From NCBI RefSeq assembly GCF_018350175.1, contig NC_058373.1, forward strand, positions 107,448,001 to 107,512,000: a DNA stretch of 64,000 nt, written 5' to 3'. Positions within the stretch are counted from its first letter, which is position 1; every line of letters starts with the position of its first letter. The position numbers and the translations under genes were made by a program. This stretch comes from Felis catus (Eukaryota). The notes beneath the pieces are model-generated. The model saw nothing but the letters and a program-made list of their open reading frames with translations, ran no database searches and was not told the origin of the DNA. This document shows positions 12,955 to 26,171 of the stretch, piece by piece.

Positions 12955-13551
12955 CAGTAAAACCTTGGATTGCGAGTAACTTGTTCTGCAAGTGTTCCAC
13001 AAGATGAGAAAACATTTCTAATAAATTTTAATGTGATAAATGATGCCTTGCAATATGAGTAGTACGTGACGTCAGTGTCACATGACCAGAAATGAGCCAG
13101 TGGTTCTCTCTCTCTCTCTCTCTCACTCGCTTGCTGCGGGATTGTGGGTGCTCATCGATGCAATGTCACATTTCCTCAAAATCCTCTAAAGGAGGCAAAA
13201 ACTAGTGTCATTGGATAGGTTTCTTGTTAAAGTTGCACAAAAAGAAAAAGAGTCCATTGAGCCAATTGAGCCGATAGCAGTGATTCTGTTATTGATAGTG
13301 AAAGTCATCCTACACAATAACCCACCTCTCACACCAACCATGAAGGTTTTCAAAGGTAACTGCAGGCTAATTTGTTTATTTTTCTTTATTATTTTGTATT
13401 CTATTCCAGTATTGTAGTCATTTTTATATGGATATTTTTGGGTTGTGAAATGAATCATCTGAATTTCCATTATTTCTTATTGATACACAAGTGCTTTGGA
13501 TTACAAGGATGTTTCGGGAACAAATTATGCTCTCAAACCAAGGTTTTACTG
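12955..13551. mobile_element. Tigger/pogo-like DNA transposon, copy 2 (inverted relative to copy 1)
   Basis: Same TIRs and TA flanks; ends are reverse complements of the ends of 8591-9913. Confidence 0.88.
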
Positions 13552-14314
13552 TAAGTGAAAACTAACTGACTAAATGTGCCTTCATTAATAGTAACACTGT
13601 TAATATAATTTCAGAGCACTTTACATTTTCAAAGCACATCCTCTCATTTGATTCTTAACTACAGTCTTGTGAAAAAAGCAGGACAAGTTTAATTACTATT
13701 AACATCCATTTTACAAGTGGGGAAGCTGCTACAAAGCCATTTGCTTTAAGCCATATAGCCTATAGGCAACAGAATTAGAATGTCACCTTCTGGCTGATCT
13801 TTCAACTATTTGTTTTTGTTTTTCCTATCTTCTTATTAGGATCAATTATATATACAGCCATTAGGTGGGAGGAGTGGGGAGGGGGTGAGGAGTTTTCATT
13901 TACTTCATCTTTTTATTCCCAAACAATTCTGTCAGAAATATAAAATTATCCAAAGCAGATAAATACGTTATATTCTCAAGTTGTGTGTTTCTAGGAATTG
14001 TCCATATCATCTAGGTTATCCAGTTTATTGGCATATAGTGGTTGATAGTTTTAATTGCATCTTTTTGTCAGTCTGGTTAAAGGTTTCTCAATTTTGCTAA
14101 GTTTTTCAAAGTACTATTTGTTTTCATTGATTCTCTTTTTTGTTATTGTTCTCTGTTTCATTTATGTTTACTCTAGTCATTATTATCCTTAATTTTGCCA
14201 GCTTTAGATTTAGTTTGCTCTTTTTCTAATTCCTTGAGGTATAACATTAGGTTATTAATTAGAGATCTTTCTTCTTTTGTAATGTTATAAATTCCCCTTA
14301 AACACTGTCTTCTC

Positions 14315-14739
14315 TGTGAGGGGGGGGGTGTCTTGATCGGATGGGGGAGTGGCAGTTGGATGGTGGGGGTGGGTGCTCGCGGCAGGAGCAGTGAAACAGT
14401 TCACCAAGGCAGAACAAGAGAGGGAAACATTTATTGAATACACTACTTACTAGGGAGCAGCAGGCAGGACAGCAAAGGAGAGGCTGTCATGGAGGAGGCC
14501 GTGGTGAGGGTCCACAGTTACAGGGAGGAGTAAAGGAGCAAGGGGATGCATGGAATTTTCCCTTTTTTGTAATCTTAGGAACTGTGCTTGGTTGTAATTG
14601 GTCAGGTAGGGCCTATGGCTATTTTGAGGTGGGTTACTTAATGAGCCTGTTTGCTTTTAGCTAAGTGGTAGTCGCCGTGGGCCTTTGCCTTGCTCAGGTT
14701 TCTGTTGCTCAAGCCTGTTGTCCAAAACCAGCCTCTACA
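14315..14739 (-). mobile_element. Solo ERV LTR (425 bp)
   Basis: TG...CA termini, 5-bp TSD ttctc (14310-14, 14740-44), minus-strand AATAAA at ~14430. Confidence 0.85.
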
Positions 14740-14807
14740 TTCTCTGTATCTTAGAAGTTTTGTGTGTTGTTTTTTCATTTTCACTCATCAATAAGTAAGG
14801 GAAATTT

Positions 14808-15034
14808 TCTTTTTAAAAAAATTTTTTTTTTCAACGTTTATTTATTTTGGGGACAGAGAGAGACAGAGCATGAACGGAGGAGGGGCAGAGAGAGAGGGAG
14901 ACACAGAATCGGAAACAGGCTCCAGGCTCTGAGCCATCAGCCCAGAGCCTGACGCGGGGCTTGAACTCACGGACCGCGAGATCGTGACCTGGCTGAAGTC
15001 GGACGCTTAACCGACTGCGCCACCCAGGCGCCCC
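14808..15034 (-). mobile_element. Young felid Can-SINE
   Basis: TSD aagtaagggaaattttct. Confidence 0.95.
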
Positions 15035-18000
15035 AAGTAAGGGAAATTTTCTAATTTCCCTTTTGATATCTTTTTTGACCCATTGCTTAAGGGTATATTG
15101 TTTAATTTCCACATATTCTTGTATTTTGTATTTTCCTTCTTCTATTGATTTCTAGCTTCATTCCATTGTGGTTGGAGAGGATGCTTTGTATGATTTGAGT
15201 TTTCTAAAATTTACTGAGACTAACATATGCTATGGCATAACACATGTTCTATCCTTGAGAGTGTTCCATGTGCATTAAAAAGAATATGTATGTATAGTCT
15301 CTCCCTAACTTTTCCCTCCCAGGTTTTAGGTGGTCTATCTTATGTCTCATCTGTAACTTTTTCCCTCAAGTAGAGATGAGTACCTTGTGTTGGTCCTTCA
15401 GGTAGCTCCCAGACAGGATGGAACAGACCAACACAATGATTTGCTTATAATGTCTGCTCTGGAACAGGAACCATGGCTCCATACGGGGAGGTGGGCTGCG
15501 GATCAGGGGAGGGTATGGGGCAAGGGCAAGTAAACATGCCACAAAGCTTTCCTGCTGTTTCTAGGTTGCCTTTTTCTTGATTCAGCATTCCCTTGGTTGG
15601 TGTAAACCTTTAGCTACTTTCCAGAGTTCTGACAAAGTTGGTTCTGACAGTTTTTGCTTGTTTTCAGTGTTTCTGTGGAGGAATGGAAGTCTGGAACTGC
15701 CTTCTCCACCATATTCCTCATGTCCCGGATATCACTTTCTGGATAGTCTTTATCAGGTTTCTGTTACCTCTCTTAGTAGGGCAATATCTGTGATCTTGGG
15801 GAAATTGGAGCTTCTCTGAGCTTTGATTTGCTTTTTATAAATTGAAGATACTCTCCTTTCCTCCCCTGTTTCCTCCTTCACTGGGTTCTTGTGAAGATCA
15901 AAGGAGAAATTGAACATGAAAGTATTTTTGTAAAGTTAATTTAATTGTATAATCTGTTGATGTGGAACCTGATCAGTGGCTTATTTTCTTTTGTTATTGA
16001 AATATGAATCATCAAAAACCATCAAGTAGAAATAAGTAAACTGGGAGCTCTGTGAATCTATTCCACATATTTTGTCAGCAAATTATGGTTACTGCAGAAC
16101 ATGCATATTTTTTGGATCACTGAAGACTAAAATGCTTGCCCTTGAGCAAAGAAAGAAAAGGAAGCAAACTAAGGGAAAACTCATATCACTAAACTTCTTT
16201 TGGTCTTTTGTAATCAAATCTGAGTTTAAATATTGCTAGTTACCTAGACTATTAAAGCATAAGTTGATTAAAATGCTGTGTAGTTTTCTGCATCTTAGAC
16301 ATCATTCTTAATTTTCTTTATTTCTTTATACTTGTGTAAATTTCCATTTTCTGGACACAAGACCCAAAGACATTCTGTCAACCACTGGAAAGTATTATTC
16401 TCTTAGAGGAAAACACAATAGGATTGAGACTATGGGCTGTAGACATATTTGTACCGTCTGATTGTAGTGTGTTATTGCTTTTGTTGTTTAAAAGACTCTG
16501 TATGCACATTAAGAGCATGATGTATTTTTTGGAGAAAAACATACCCTTACATTATTTTTCTACTTAGTGTACTTCTATTATAATGCAGCAGTGTTAAACA
16601 TCTTTATTACATAATTGCTACAGTACTTTAATGTTTGACATTTCATGGTCTTGATTGTTTTATGTAATATAATCTTATGTAGAAATACAGAATTATTCCT
16701 TAGACATACTTTACTATATTCAATCCCTGAATATTTCTAGTGTATGTTAAGTGATTTGCCATCCTCTTGAAGAACTCCCCTCACTCGTGCATTCTTGTTT
16801 TATAGCTAATTAAATGTTTGGGTTTTATATATATTCACTATAACACATTGACAGACATTTCAATAGATTTACATTATATGGGAGTCCATTCTATTGATTT
16901 AAGCATACTATGCCATTTTTAAAACATTAAATTTGAGAGCTAAAGCTGAACTAAAGTTTCTTGTTTAGATAGTATCTGAAGTGTTTGCCCAAATTAGCCA
17001 ACATGTAGCCATTTTTTAACTTTGCAGGATATATTTGTTTATATAAGCATAAAACCTGATTTTCTCCTGATTCCTTAAGAATTACAAAATTCCGTAAGAA
17101 TTACAAAGCTACAAATTGTCCAAATTCTGGTAAGCCAGACACTTCAATTTTGGTTTCTAGAACTAATAATTTTCTGTGAGAAATTATCTCTGGTTTTCTG
17201 ACTAGTACTGGGAACCATTTTATTTTCTTAACAATTCATGGAAAAATATATAAGGAAGACTCAGAGTGTTCACACAAAACATAGCTATTAAGGAGTTTAG
17301 TTAAGTCTTTGTTCACTGTAAGGGAATAAATGTTTAGAAAATTCTTACTGTAAACATGATTATAACAGTTTCCCAAACCCAATAAAATAAATATTTGGTC
17401 AGCTAATGAAAAATTCAGTCAGTGCAATTAAGCAGCTAATGTGAAGACATGAATCAGAGTTTCAAAGCTACTAAGTACCACTTACTATCATCATGTAGGC
17501 TCAAGTGCTTTCACTCATCAAGTCTCAGCAGTGTACTTTCTTGTTCAAGGTAAACTTCATTAGGAGTAAGGATATTTCCAAATTATAGCCTCCCACTGTG
17601 ATCAGAAAGGTGTTTTTGCAATAGGTAGCACTTTAATTTTTAAAAATCCATCTTCTGAGTCTATAATGTGTAATAACAAAACTTTTTATGTAAGATAGCA
17701 GTCAGGTGCTTTGACCTCTGTTTAGAGCTCTTTGTCGAGAAAAAGACAGTGGATTTTTATATGGAGGGATTCTAAAAATAATTTAAATAAGAGTCAAGAT
17801 CACACGAGTGTTTTTAGGTTTCAATTATATTGTGACAGTATATGACATTTACATACAGAGAGTAGTTGGAAATTTAAAAAAATACATGGAATGTTAAATT
17901 TGTTCTGAGTACAGCTGAAGAAACTCATGCAACTGAGCAGATTGGAGCTACTCAGGAATCATTTTGTGCATGTCCATTGCTGACTTCTCTCCTTTCCCAC

Positions 18001-21000
18001 AATGGCTTTCCCAGATCACCACTCTTAAATCTCACTCCCACTTGCCCTCTTTTACATTTAGCAGCTAATCTTTCAACCCGCTACATAGAGAAAATGTAAG
18101 TATGAACTTACTGTCTCAAAAGCCACACCCTAACTATAAACTTATCTTTGCAGCCATGGTTAACTCTTTTATGTCCCTCCTTAGAGGCCAGGGGACCTAT
18201 CGTGCATCTGAGGCTGATCCTGCTATCTCTGTTCTGGGGCTGCTTTGCCCTTCAGCTCTGGGATAGCACACCATCAAGTTGGTCTCTACCCCTCTTTCTG
18301 ATCTTCTCTTCTGCCCTGAGACTTTAATTTGCCACATGAACATATTCAAATTTCTGTCTTGAAACAACATATTCATCACTTCATCAATCCTGAATCTTCC
18401 TCTAACTACTGCAAAGAAGTTTTATGCTTGCTATCTCTACTTCCTTATTTCTGATTAATTTCCTAAACTTAGTACAACTCGACTTTTATTTAGAATCTGA
18501 TTTTGCTCATTCTCCATTTGACTTCCCAATTACAAAATTTGGTGGATTTCTTGTCTTTATCTTATTTTACCTCTTGTGTCTCAAACTGTGTCTTTCATTT
18601 GCTTTGTGACACTACTGCCTTTTAGTTTTCTTTCATCTCCTCTCAGTTCTCCTTAAAAAAATTTTTTTTTGGTGAACTCTTCCTTCTCTCCTAATAAAGT
18701 TGTTATTATACAACGTTCTTCATTGATCTTTTAGTCTCATTCAGTATTGAGTACCTGCTGTGTGCTGGGCTGTGTCGTAGGCACTTCTTGTACGTTGTTC
18801 TTGGTCATTTACAACAACTCTGAACAGCCACGTAACTTTGAGTCTATTACTAAGGGGTAGTCAGGATTTAACACCAAATCAGTTTGATTCTAAAGCTATA
18901 TTATAATGTTTTTCAAACTTTTTAAAGAAACAGAATAGTTAAAAAAAAATCTTACTTAGGTCCTCAAAATCTAAAACAGATGCTTTATAAAAAGTGTGTT
19001 ACAGTTGAGGTGACAGGTCCAGCTTGGCCCTCCTCCCCATTCTGCCCTCAATGATGCCCTAAAGGCACTTACTCAGAACCCAAGGACTCTGGGAAAGTCT
19101 GTTAAAAACGTACAGTGATTTAGATTAAGTCCTAAGCCTGTATTAATTTTCCTTGTTTTAAACTCTGATTTCCAACTCCATCTTTCTACCTGTGTGTTTG
19201 ACAAGTACCTATTTTTTTTTTTTTTTTTATATCCCCAGTGGGAATTGGCTTCTTTGTGAAACCTCCTCTAACTATTGTACATCCTGTTGTGGTGAAACTT
19301 GGCTAGCCTAGCCAAACTTGGGAGTTGTTAAAGATTTCTTCTTGCTTCTATCTCACCTGTAATTAGATAATTAAGGTCCTTAGGGTCAGAGCCCCTAGAG
19401 GTGCTCATAGTCATTTACTTTGCTTTCTTTTCATCCTCTCTTTCTTCCAATCCATCTTTCATACAAAGATTTCTACAGTTCCGTTCAGATTGCATTACTC
19501 ATCTACTAACATTTTCATATGTGTCCTTTATTTTTAAAAATATTCAAGGCATATAAGGCCCTTCAAATTCTTCTCCTTTCTAGAATACCCTCTTTGCCTC
19601 TTTATCTGCATGGCAAATTATTATTCTCCCTTCATATATCAACGTCTGTCTTCTGCACTCTCCTTTCTTGAGGCTTCTAGGTCTCTTATATTTAAAAATT
19701 GCTCATTTTCCTGTCTTTCTTCACACTAGACTTTGAGCTACTTGGGAAGAGAGACTGTTTTCTCGTTTAGCACCTAGCATAATACTGGTACATAGTAAAT
19801 TTTCAAGACATGTTCATTGAATAGATTAATAAAAATTTTTAACCATTGTCTGGAATCAGCTACTTTATCTGTTTTATCTGTTAATGAGGCAGTGAGATGA
19901 GATGGTTTCCAATGTTCCCTTCCAGTTTTAGGAATCTGCATATTTTTTCCTTGCTGTACTATTTATACTGTCTACACACTATTGTCATTTATTTTATAAA
20001 ACATTTAAAATTTATTTTCAGTTTTATTTTATAAAACATCTAAAATTTATTTTCAGTAACCACATGTAGGATTGATTAATCTTAAGTGCATCTTAAAAGG
20101 ATGGGGTATTATCCCCTTGGTATTTATTTTATATCATTTCAGTTAAAATTTTTCCTATCTTTAGTTCTAATAATACATTAGTTTTTACAAATGGAGATCA
20201 ATTAGGGACAAAATTTATCATGAATAATTTTAGTCTGGATTTGGCTTCTTGTTCACTTTTTGCTGACACATACCCAAAGTATGATCCAGAGATGAGAAGA
20301 CTGGTTTATTTTATAAACTTTGGAATGGCAGGTAGAAATACATTCTTTCCCCAAAAGGTAGAATTCAAGAAAACAGTATAGTTCTTTTCTTTCTTTTAAC
20401 CTTTTAAGATAATAAAATAAGTCTAAGTTTTTAACTATAAAGAATTTTTATAATATTGAAGCACATTCTGTAAATTTAAACTTTTAAAAACTTCTCATTT
20501 TCAAAACAAGTCATATGTAACTGATTAGAATGTGTTTTTATTTAAAATATTATACCAGCATGTGCAGAGTCATAACGCATTGCCAAAAAATGTAGTCTGG
20601 AAGCAAAACAGAAAACTGAAAATAATGCTATAATTTTTTAAATAAGAGGAAAATATTTTCTTTACACATGAAGGTTTTGGACCAAATGGTATTTAACCAA
20701 CTAACTGACTATTAAAGCATTCTATTGAAGAAAAGCTTCATTTTTGGTAAAACTGATTGCATTAGTATATTACTTATGATAATGAGCATGGATTATTTTT
20801 TTCCCAAAGCAATGCTGTGATTTAGCTTTTGGAAGAAAGTGCAACTTTTCTGTGGGCTTAAGTATCAAAAATGCTTCTTAAAAACTTCAAATTATTATGC
20901 ATTAAACCAGGACTCTTGGAGCTTTTTCAGATTTTACTGCTTATAGTCACCGGGCCCTTGAGTAGATATTTTATGAACCTGTTTTTACATGCTAGAAAAT

Positions 21001-21366
21001 AGAATTTTTCATAATTAGGAGAAAACATCAGGTATTTTATCCCCTTGACTTTGTCTTTGCTTGTTATTGTTTGCTTTAGAGATTTATCTAAGTTATTGAC
21101 ATGATTCAGATTCCAGTGTATGAAATAGAGCTTTTGAGAAGGTGCTTTGAATGGAAAAATAAATATCTTACAAAAGATCTTGCTTTGGGTGGGTCTAGTT
21201 CTGTTTGAATTTCTTGTTTTTCTTTGCCTTCATAGCTATATTCCATTATATTACATATCTTTAAGCATAAAATTGGTTAACACACTGAGAGGTTAGCTTT
21301 GAGACAGACGATGATAAAATCTCAAGGCAATTTTCAAATATACGTATTTAAGAAAATACTCATATT

Positions 21367-21532
21367 GGGGCGCCTGGGTGGCAACTCTTGATTTCAGCTC
21401 AGGTCATGATCACAGGGTCATGGGATCCATGTTGGGCTCCATGCTGAGCATGGAGCCTGCTTAAAATACTTTCTTTCTCTCCCTTTCCTTCTCCCCCCGA
21501 CTCTCTCTCTCTAAAATAAAATTTATAAAAAA
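21367..21532 (+). mobile_element. Can-SINE (older)
   Basis: SINE head, tail; imperfect TSD aa(a/g)tactcat. Confidence 0.85.
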
Positions 21533-23064
21533 GTACTCATCTGTGTTTCTATTAAAGGAAAAGAAAATACTCGTTTATGTTTAAAGTCATTTTACACTAT
21601 GCATTATGTCCCATTTCTGTTATTATTATAGGCACCTTCTGATTTCCAGGAAATCTTTTTATATTCCTCAGTGACTGATATGCAGTCTGTCTTCCATTCA
21701 GCTGTCTTCCTTTGCAGCTTTATAATTTGTGGTGATAACTCTTTTCATGTCCTCTGTATTTTTATTTGCCATCTTTTATGACCATTCTTTAGGTCTGTAT
21801 CTTAACTAACCAGAATTTTTATGTAATTAAAAAAAATTGTGTATTCTCTGCTTATATAAGGATGATTTTTTTTTTTAAGTAATGACTGTTTAATGAGTAG
21901 ATATTTATCTTGCTATCAAGAAACTTACCTGACAAGGGAACATGTGAGGTTTATAAATAGTTATGGTACTTACGAGGGAGGTAAAGATAAAGTGCTATGC
22001 AAATTCAGGGGAGCAAATAAGTTATTCTACCTGGGCAATCCAGAGGGGGTGGAATCTAAGAAAACTGTTAAGTATTTCAAACCGAGAGAGGTACAGGGAG
22101 TAACCAGAATTAACAAATGTTATTTTCAGAAGTCTAAAGGTTAAATCTTTTTTTTTTTTTTTGAACAAAATAAACACTTCATCAGGCTTAACCTTACACT
22201 TCGTCTTGTCTTTTCCCTGTTGTTATTGTTACCAGTTTGTGGTAGTAATGGTAGTGGCAGTGGGTTTTTTCTCATCTTTATTCCTTACATACCGCTCTTC
22301 CCATTGGGATTTAATTTTCTTCTTGAAATATCCGGTAGTGGTTCTTTCCATTTGTCTCCTTTTTAGCTCTACATTCTACCTTCTTTGTGTTTTCCTCCCA
22401 TAATTTTCCACTCACTAATTTTTTCCTCCGTCTCTGGATAACCAGCTGCCTAACTTGTCCATTGAGACTTTTATTCTAAGAATTCCTGTTTCACTTTTTT
22501 TTTTTTTTAAAGAAAATGCTTGTTCTTTTCCTACTTTTGATTTCTTGTCTTATGGCATCTATTTCTTTACTCATTTCTTCTACCATGAGATAAATTTTTT
22601 TCAGTTCCTCTTAGCTGTGTGTCTGGGTGTGATAGTCCTGTCATTGATCGTGTTTTCTGACTCTTTAATAAATGAGGCTCATTCCATTCTTTTTTTTTTT
22701 TTTTTTAACTGTGAACTTCTTTTTAGTGGGTGTTATATTCCTAGGAGCCTTCCTTGGATTGTGAAGGCATACTGATAAAGAGATTTTTTTTTTTGCTTCA
22801 GCCAAACTCCTGTTGGCTTCACTGAATCTGGAGGTATTGTTTTTAATTTCTTGGAGATGGAACAGACTTGGATATTGTGATTTTTTATGTGTGATTCTTT
22901 TCTACCCATGTCCCTAGACTTTCTTGTGACTATTTCAGGCCAGTGAGCAGAATATTCCTACAAGTTGTTTTATAGGTGATCTTCTGAACTTAAGGCTCTG
23001 CTCATGCTCTGATTTTTGAGCTCCTGAATAATTTCTGGCACCTGAGAGTTTCTTTTCTTGCCTT

Positions 23065-23265
23065 TTTTTTTTCCCTTAAGGTTTATTTATCTTGAGAGAG
23101 AGAGAGAGGTGTGGGGGTGGGGGAGAGGCAGATAGAGAGGGAGAGAGAATCCTCCTCTGACAGCATAGAACCTGACATAGAGCTCAAACTCACAAACCAT
23201 GAGATCATGACCTCAGCCAAAATCAAGAGTTGGACTCTTACCTGACTGAGCCATCCAGGCACCCC
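23065..23265 (-). mobile_element. Can-SINE
   Basis: Antisense SINE; TSD tcttttcttgc. Confidence 0.88.
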
Positions 23266-23329
23266 TCTTTTCTTGCTTTTAAGCTTAGTTTATTTTACTT
23301 TTTTTGTTTGCTATACTGAATATAACATT

Positions 23330-24160
23330 TCTGTGTTGCACAGTTAAGCTTCTCATGTCTTTGTTCAGAATTAAGAGATTGACATTTGTAGCATGGCTTT
23401 GGAAGACGGACAATGGTGAGGGCATTCCAAGATAATGAAATAGCATGAGCAGAGATATGGAGTGAGTAGTTATGAGGCTTTCATAGAGAAAAACTGAAAA
23501 CCTCATGGTTGGCTTACATTCAGGGTACATGGAGATTATTAATAAGAAATATGTTTAGAAAGGTGGGTTGGAATCAAGTGCAGTAAGCCTTGAATGGTAG
23601 GCTAAGGAATTTGGACTTTATTCTACATATAGCAGGCAGCCAGTGCATGTCTATTTGTATGAGAGTGATGCAGAGCTTTGCCTTAGGAAGATTAGTTTGA
23701 TAACCATGAATAGATTGGAATGGAGAGAACATACTAGAAATAGGGTAACCGATTGAGAGAGTATTAACTGTAGGCCATGAAAGAGGTTAAAAAAAAAAAA
23801 GAGCTAAGATTAGGTAACAGCAGCAATGAAGATGATGTGAGAAGTAAATAGATGTTTGTAGAGAGATACTGTGATGTAGATTTCTCATTGGTATGCAGGG
23901 GGAAGAGGATTCAAGATGACTCTAGAAGTATGTTGAAACTATTAAGAAACACAGACACAGGGCTAGGTTTGTAAAGGAAGATGAGTTCAGTTATGAAAAT
24001 TTAAATTTGTAGTTCCAGTGGGACACCGAGTATGAAAGGCCACTCAAGCAGATAAAAATGCTTGGGCTATAACTAAGAAAGAAGGGCAAAAGACCAAAAG
24101 ATAAGATTTGTAGGTTTAGTACGACAGAGTTGATAAATGAAGTCAGACATTTCAGAGATA
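23330..24160 (+). mobile_element. L2 fragment (degenerate)
   Basis: aagccttgaatggtaggctaaggaatttggactttattct and gatgagttcagtt, purine-rich L2-like motifs. Confidence 0.6.
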
Positions 24161-24183
24161 GAGTCAAGAATAGGAGAAGACTT

Positions 24184-24406
24184 GGGGTGCCTGGATGGCT
24201 CAGTCAGTTAAGCACTCAACTTCAGCTAAGGTCATGGTCTTGCGGTTGGTGGGTTCGAGCCCTGCATTGAGCTCTGTGCTGACAGCTCAGAGCCTGGAGC
24301 CTACTTCAGTCTGTGTGTCTCTCTCTATCTCTGCCCCTCCCCTGCTCAAACTCTGTCTCTCTCTGTCTCTCAAAAATGAATAAAAGTTAAAAAAAAATTA
24401 AAAAAA
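24184..24406 (+). mobile_element. Can-SINE
   Basis: TSD aagaataggagaagac. Confidence 0.92.
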
Positions 24407-24420
24407 AAGAATAGGAGAAG

Positions 24421-25008
24421 ACGATGCCATCATAGCTGCAGAGGGGACTCGTGGAAATTGCAGTGTCTGTAGCAGGAGGTGCCTGCAGGGTTGTGGGGTG
24501 GTGGGCTTGGTCTCTCCCTGCATGCGGCTCTGCTCCAGCCCAAGCCATGCTTCGGGAGCCCGCTGAGGGGTGTGAGCCAGGATCCTTCCAAGTTACTGAT
24601 GAGCAGGAATAAAATTGGAGGACCAGACAAAACTGATAGAATATGCTCCATGCCTAAGGAAAAGCAACACACTGTAAGTGCAGGAAACATAACAAGCTTT
24701 CAAACCATGCAAAAGAAAGAAACTTAGGCAAAATGACAAGACAGAGGAATTCTTCACAAAAGAAAGGTCAAGACTAAATCATAGCCAGGGACTTGCTCAA
24801 AACAGATATAAGCAATATATCTGAACAAGAATTTAGAACAACAGTCATGAGACTACTAGCTGGGCTTGAAAAAAGCATAGAAGGCACCAGAGAAATCGTT
24901 GCTGCTGAGATAAAAGACTAAAAACTAGCCAGGCTGAAATGAAAAATGCTGTAACTGAGGTGCAAAACCAACTGGATATAGTCACAGTGAGGACTGAAGA
25001 AGCAGAGG

Positions 25009-25060
<52 letters not shown>

Positions 25061-25447
25061 GAATATTATTCAGCCATCAAAAACGAAATCTTGATGTTTG
25101 CAATCACACAGATGGAACTAGAATGTATTATGCTAAGTGAAATAAGTCAATCAGAGAAAGACAAATACCGTAGATTTCACTCGTATGTGGAATTTAAGAA
25201 ACAAAACAGATGAATATATGGGATGGGGGAAGAGGAGAGAGGGAAACAAACCACACTAACGATAGAGAACAAACTGAGGGTTGATGGAGGTAGGTAGGTG
25301 GGGGATATACTAGATGGGTGATGGGTACTAAGGAGAGCACCTGTGATGAGTACCAGATGTTGAATGTAAGTGATAAATCACTGAATTCTACTCCTGAAAC
25401 CAATATTGCACTGTGTTAACTAACTGAAATTTAAATAATAGCAAAAA
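24421..25447 (+). mobile_element. Internally deleted carnivore L1 (5'UTR + ORF1 start fused to 3' end)
   Basis: GC-rich 5'UTR-like part, ORF1-like atgacaagacagaggaattc (~24733), (CA)n 25011-25058, L1 3' end; TSD aagaataggagaag (24407-20, 25448-61). Confidence 0.8.
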
Positions 25448-25957
25448 AAGAATAGGAGAAGGTACGAGGTAAACCAAGAAGGACGAGGTAAACCAAGAAG
25501 AAAACTAGTAATTAGGAGCCAAGTGGAAAAGAGAAATTTGAGGAATCCTGTGTGAAAGCAGTAGGAGTGTGGTCCAAATTATAGACATTCTTATGGAAAT
25601 CACAAGCTAAGAGCATTTTATAGCTGGAGGCTGTCTCCAGATAAAGAGAGGTAGAGGAAGATGTTGTGGGGGATGAGAACAGAGAAATGTCCATTCAATG
25701 GTGATGAGAGTCAAAATGCAGGATATTAGAGTGGAAATAATGTAGCAATTTAACTTTTGAAATAAAACGTACTAGAGTGTGCTAGTATTTGTGAAATACA
25801 GATCTGTGCATATATGTTTATGTATATATAAATGTATTATATATATATTTTATATATACAAATTTCCCCATTTGTCTTTTAATATGAAGGTATTGGCATC
25901 CTTGGGTTATTCTATTGTCCTGTGATAAAAGATGAACAAGCAGGACTACTCCTTATC

Positions 25958-26171
25958 TTTTTTTTTTTAACGTTTATTTATTTTTGAGACAGAGAGAGAC
26001 AGAGCATGAACAAGGGAGGGGCAGAGAGAGAGGGAGACACAGAATCTGAAACAGGCTCCAGGCTCTGAGCTGTCAGCCCAGAGCCCGACGCGGGGCTCGA
26101 ACTCACATATCGCGAGATCGTGACCTGAGCCGAAGTCGGCCGCTTAACCGACTGAGCCACCCAGGCGCCCC
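25958..26171 (-). mobile_element. Can-SINE
   Basis: TSD tactccttatctttt. Confidence 0.95.

Larger units (their letters stand above)
13980..15720 (-). mobile_element. Old L1M fragments interrupted by an LTR and a SINE
   Basis: Antisense ORF2-like T-rich sequence (ORF 14831..15112 begins with L1-like MEIKQYTLKQWVK) joined to an L1M 5'-like region. Confidence 0.7.
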
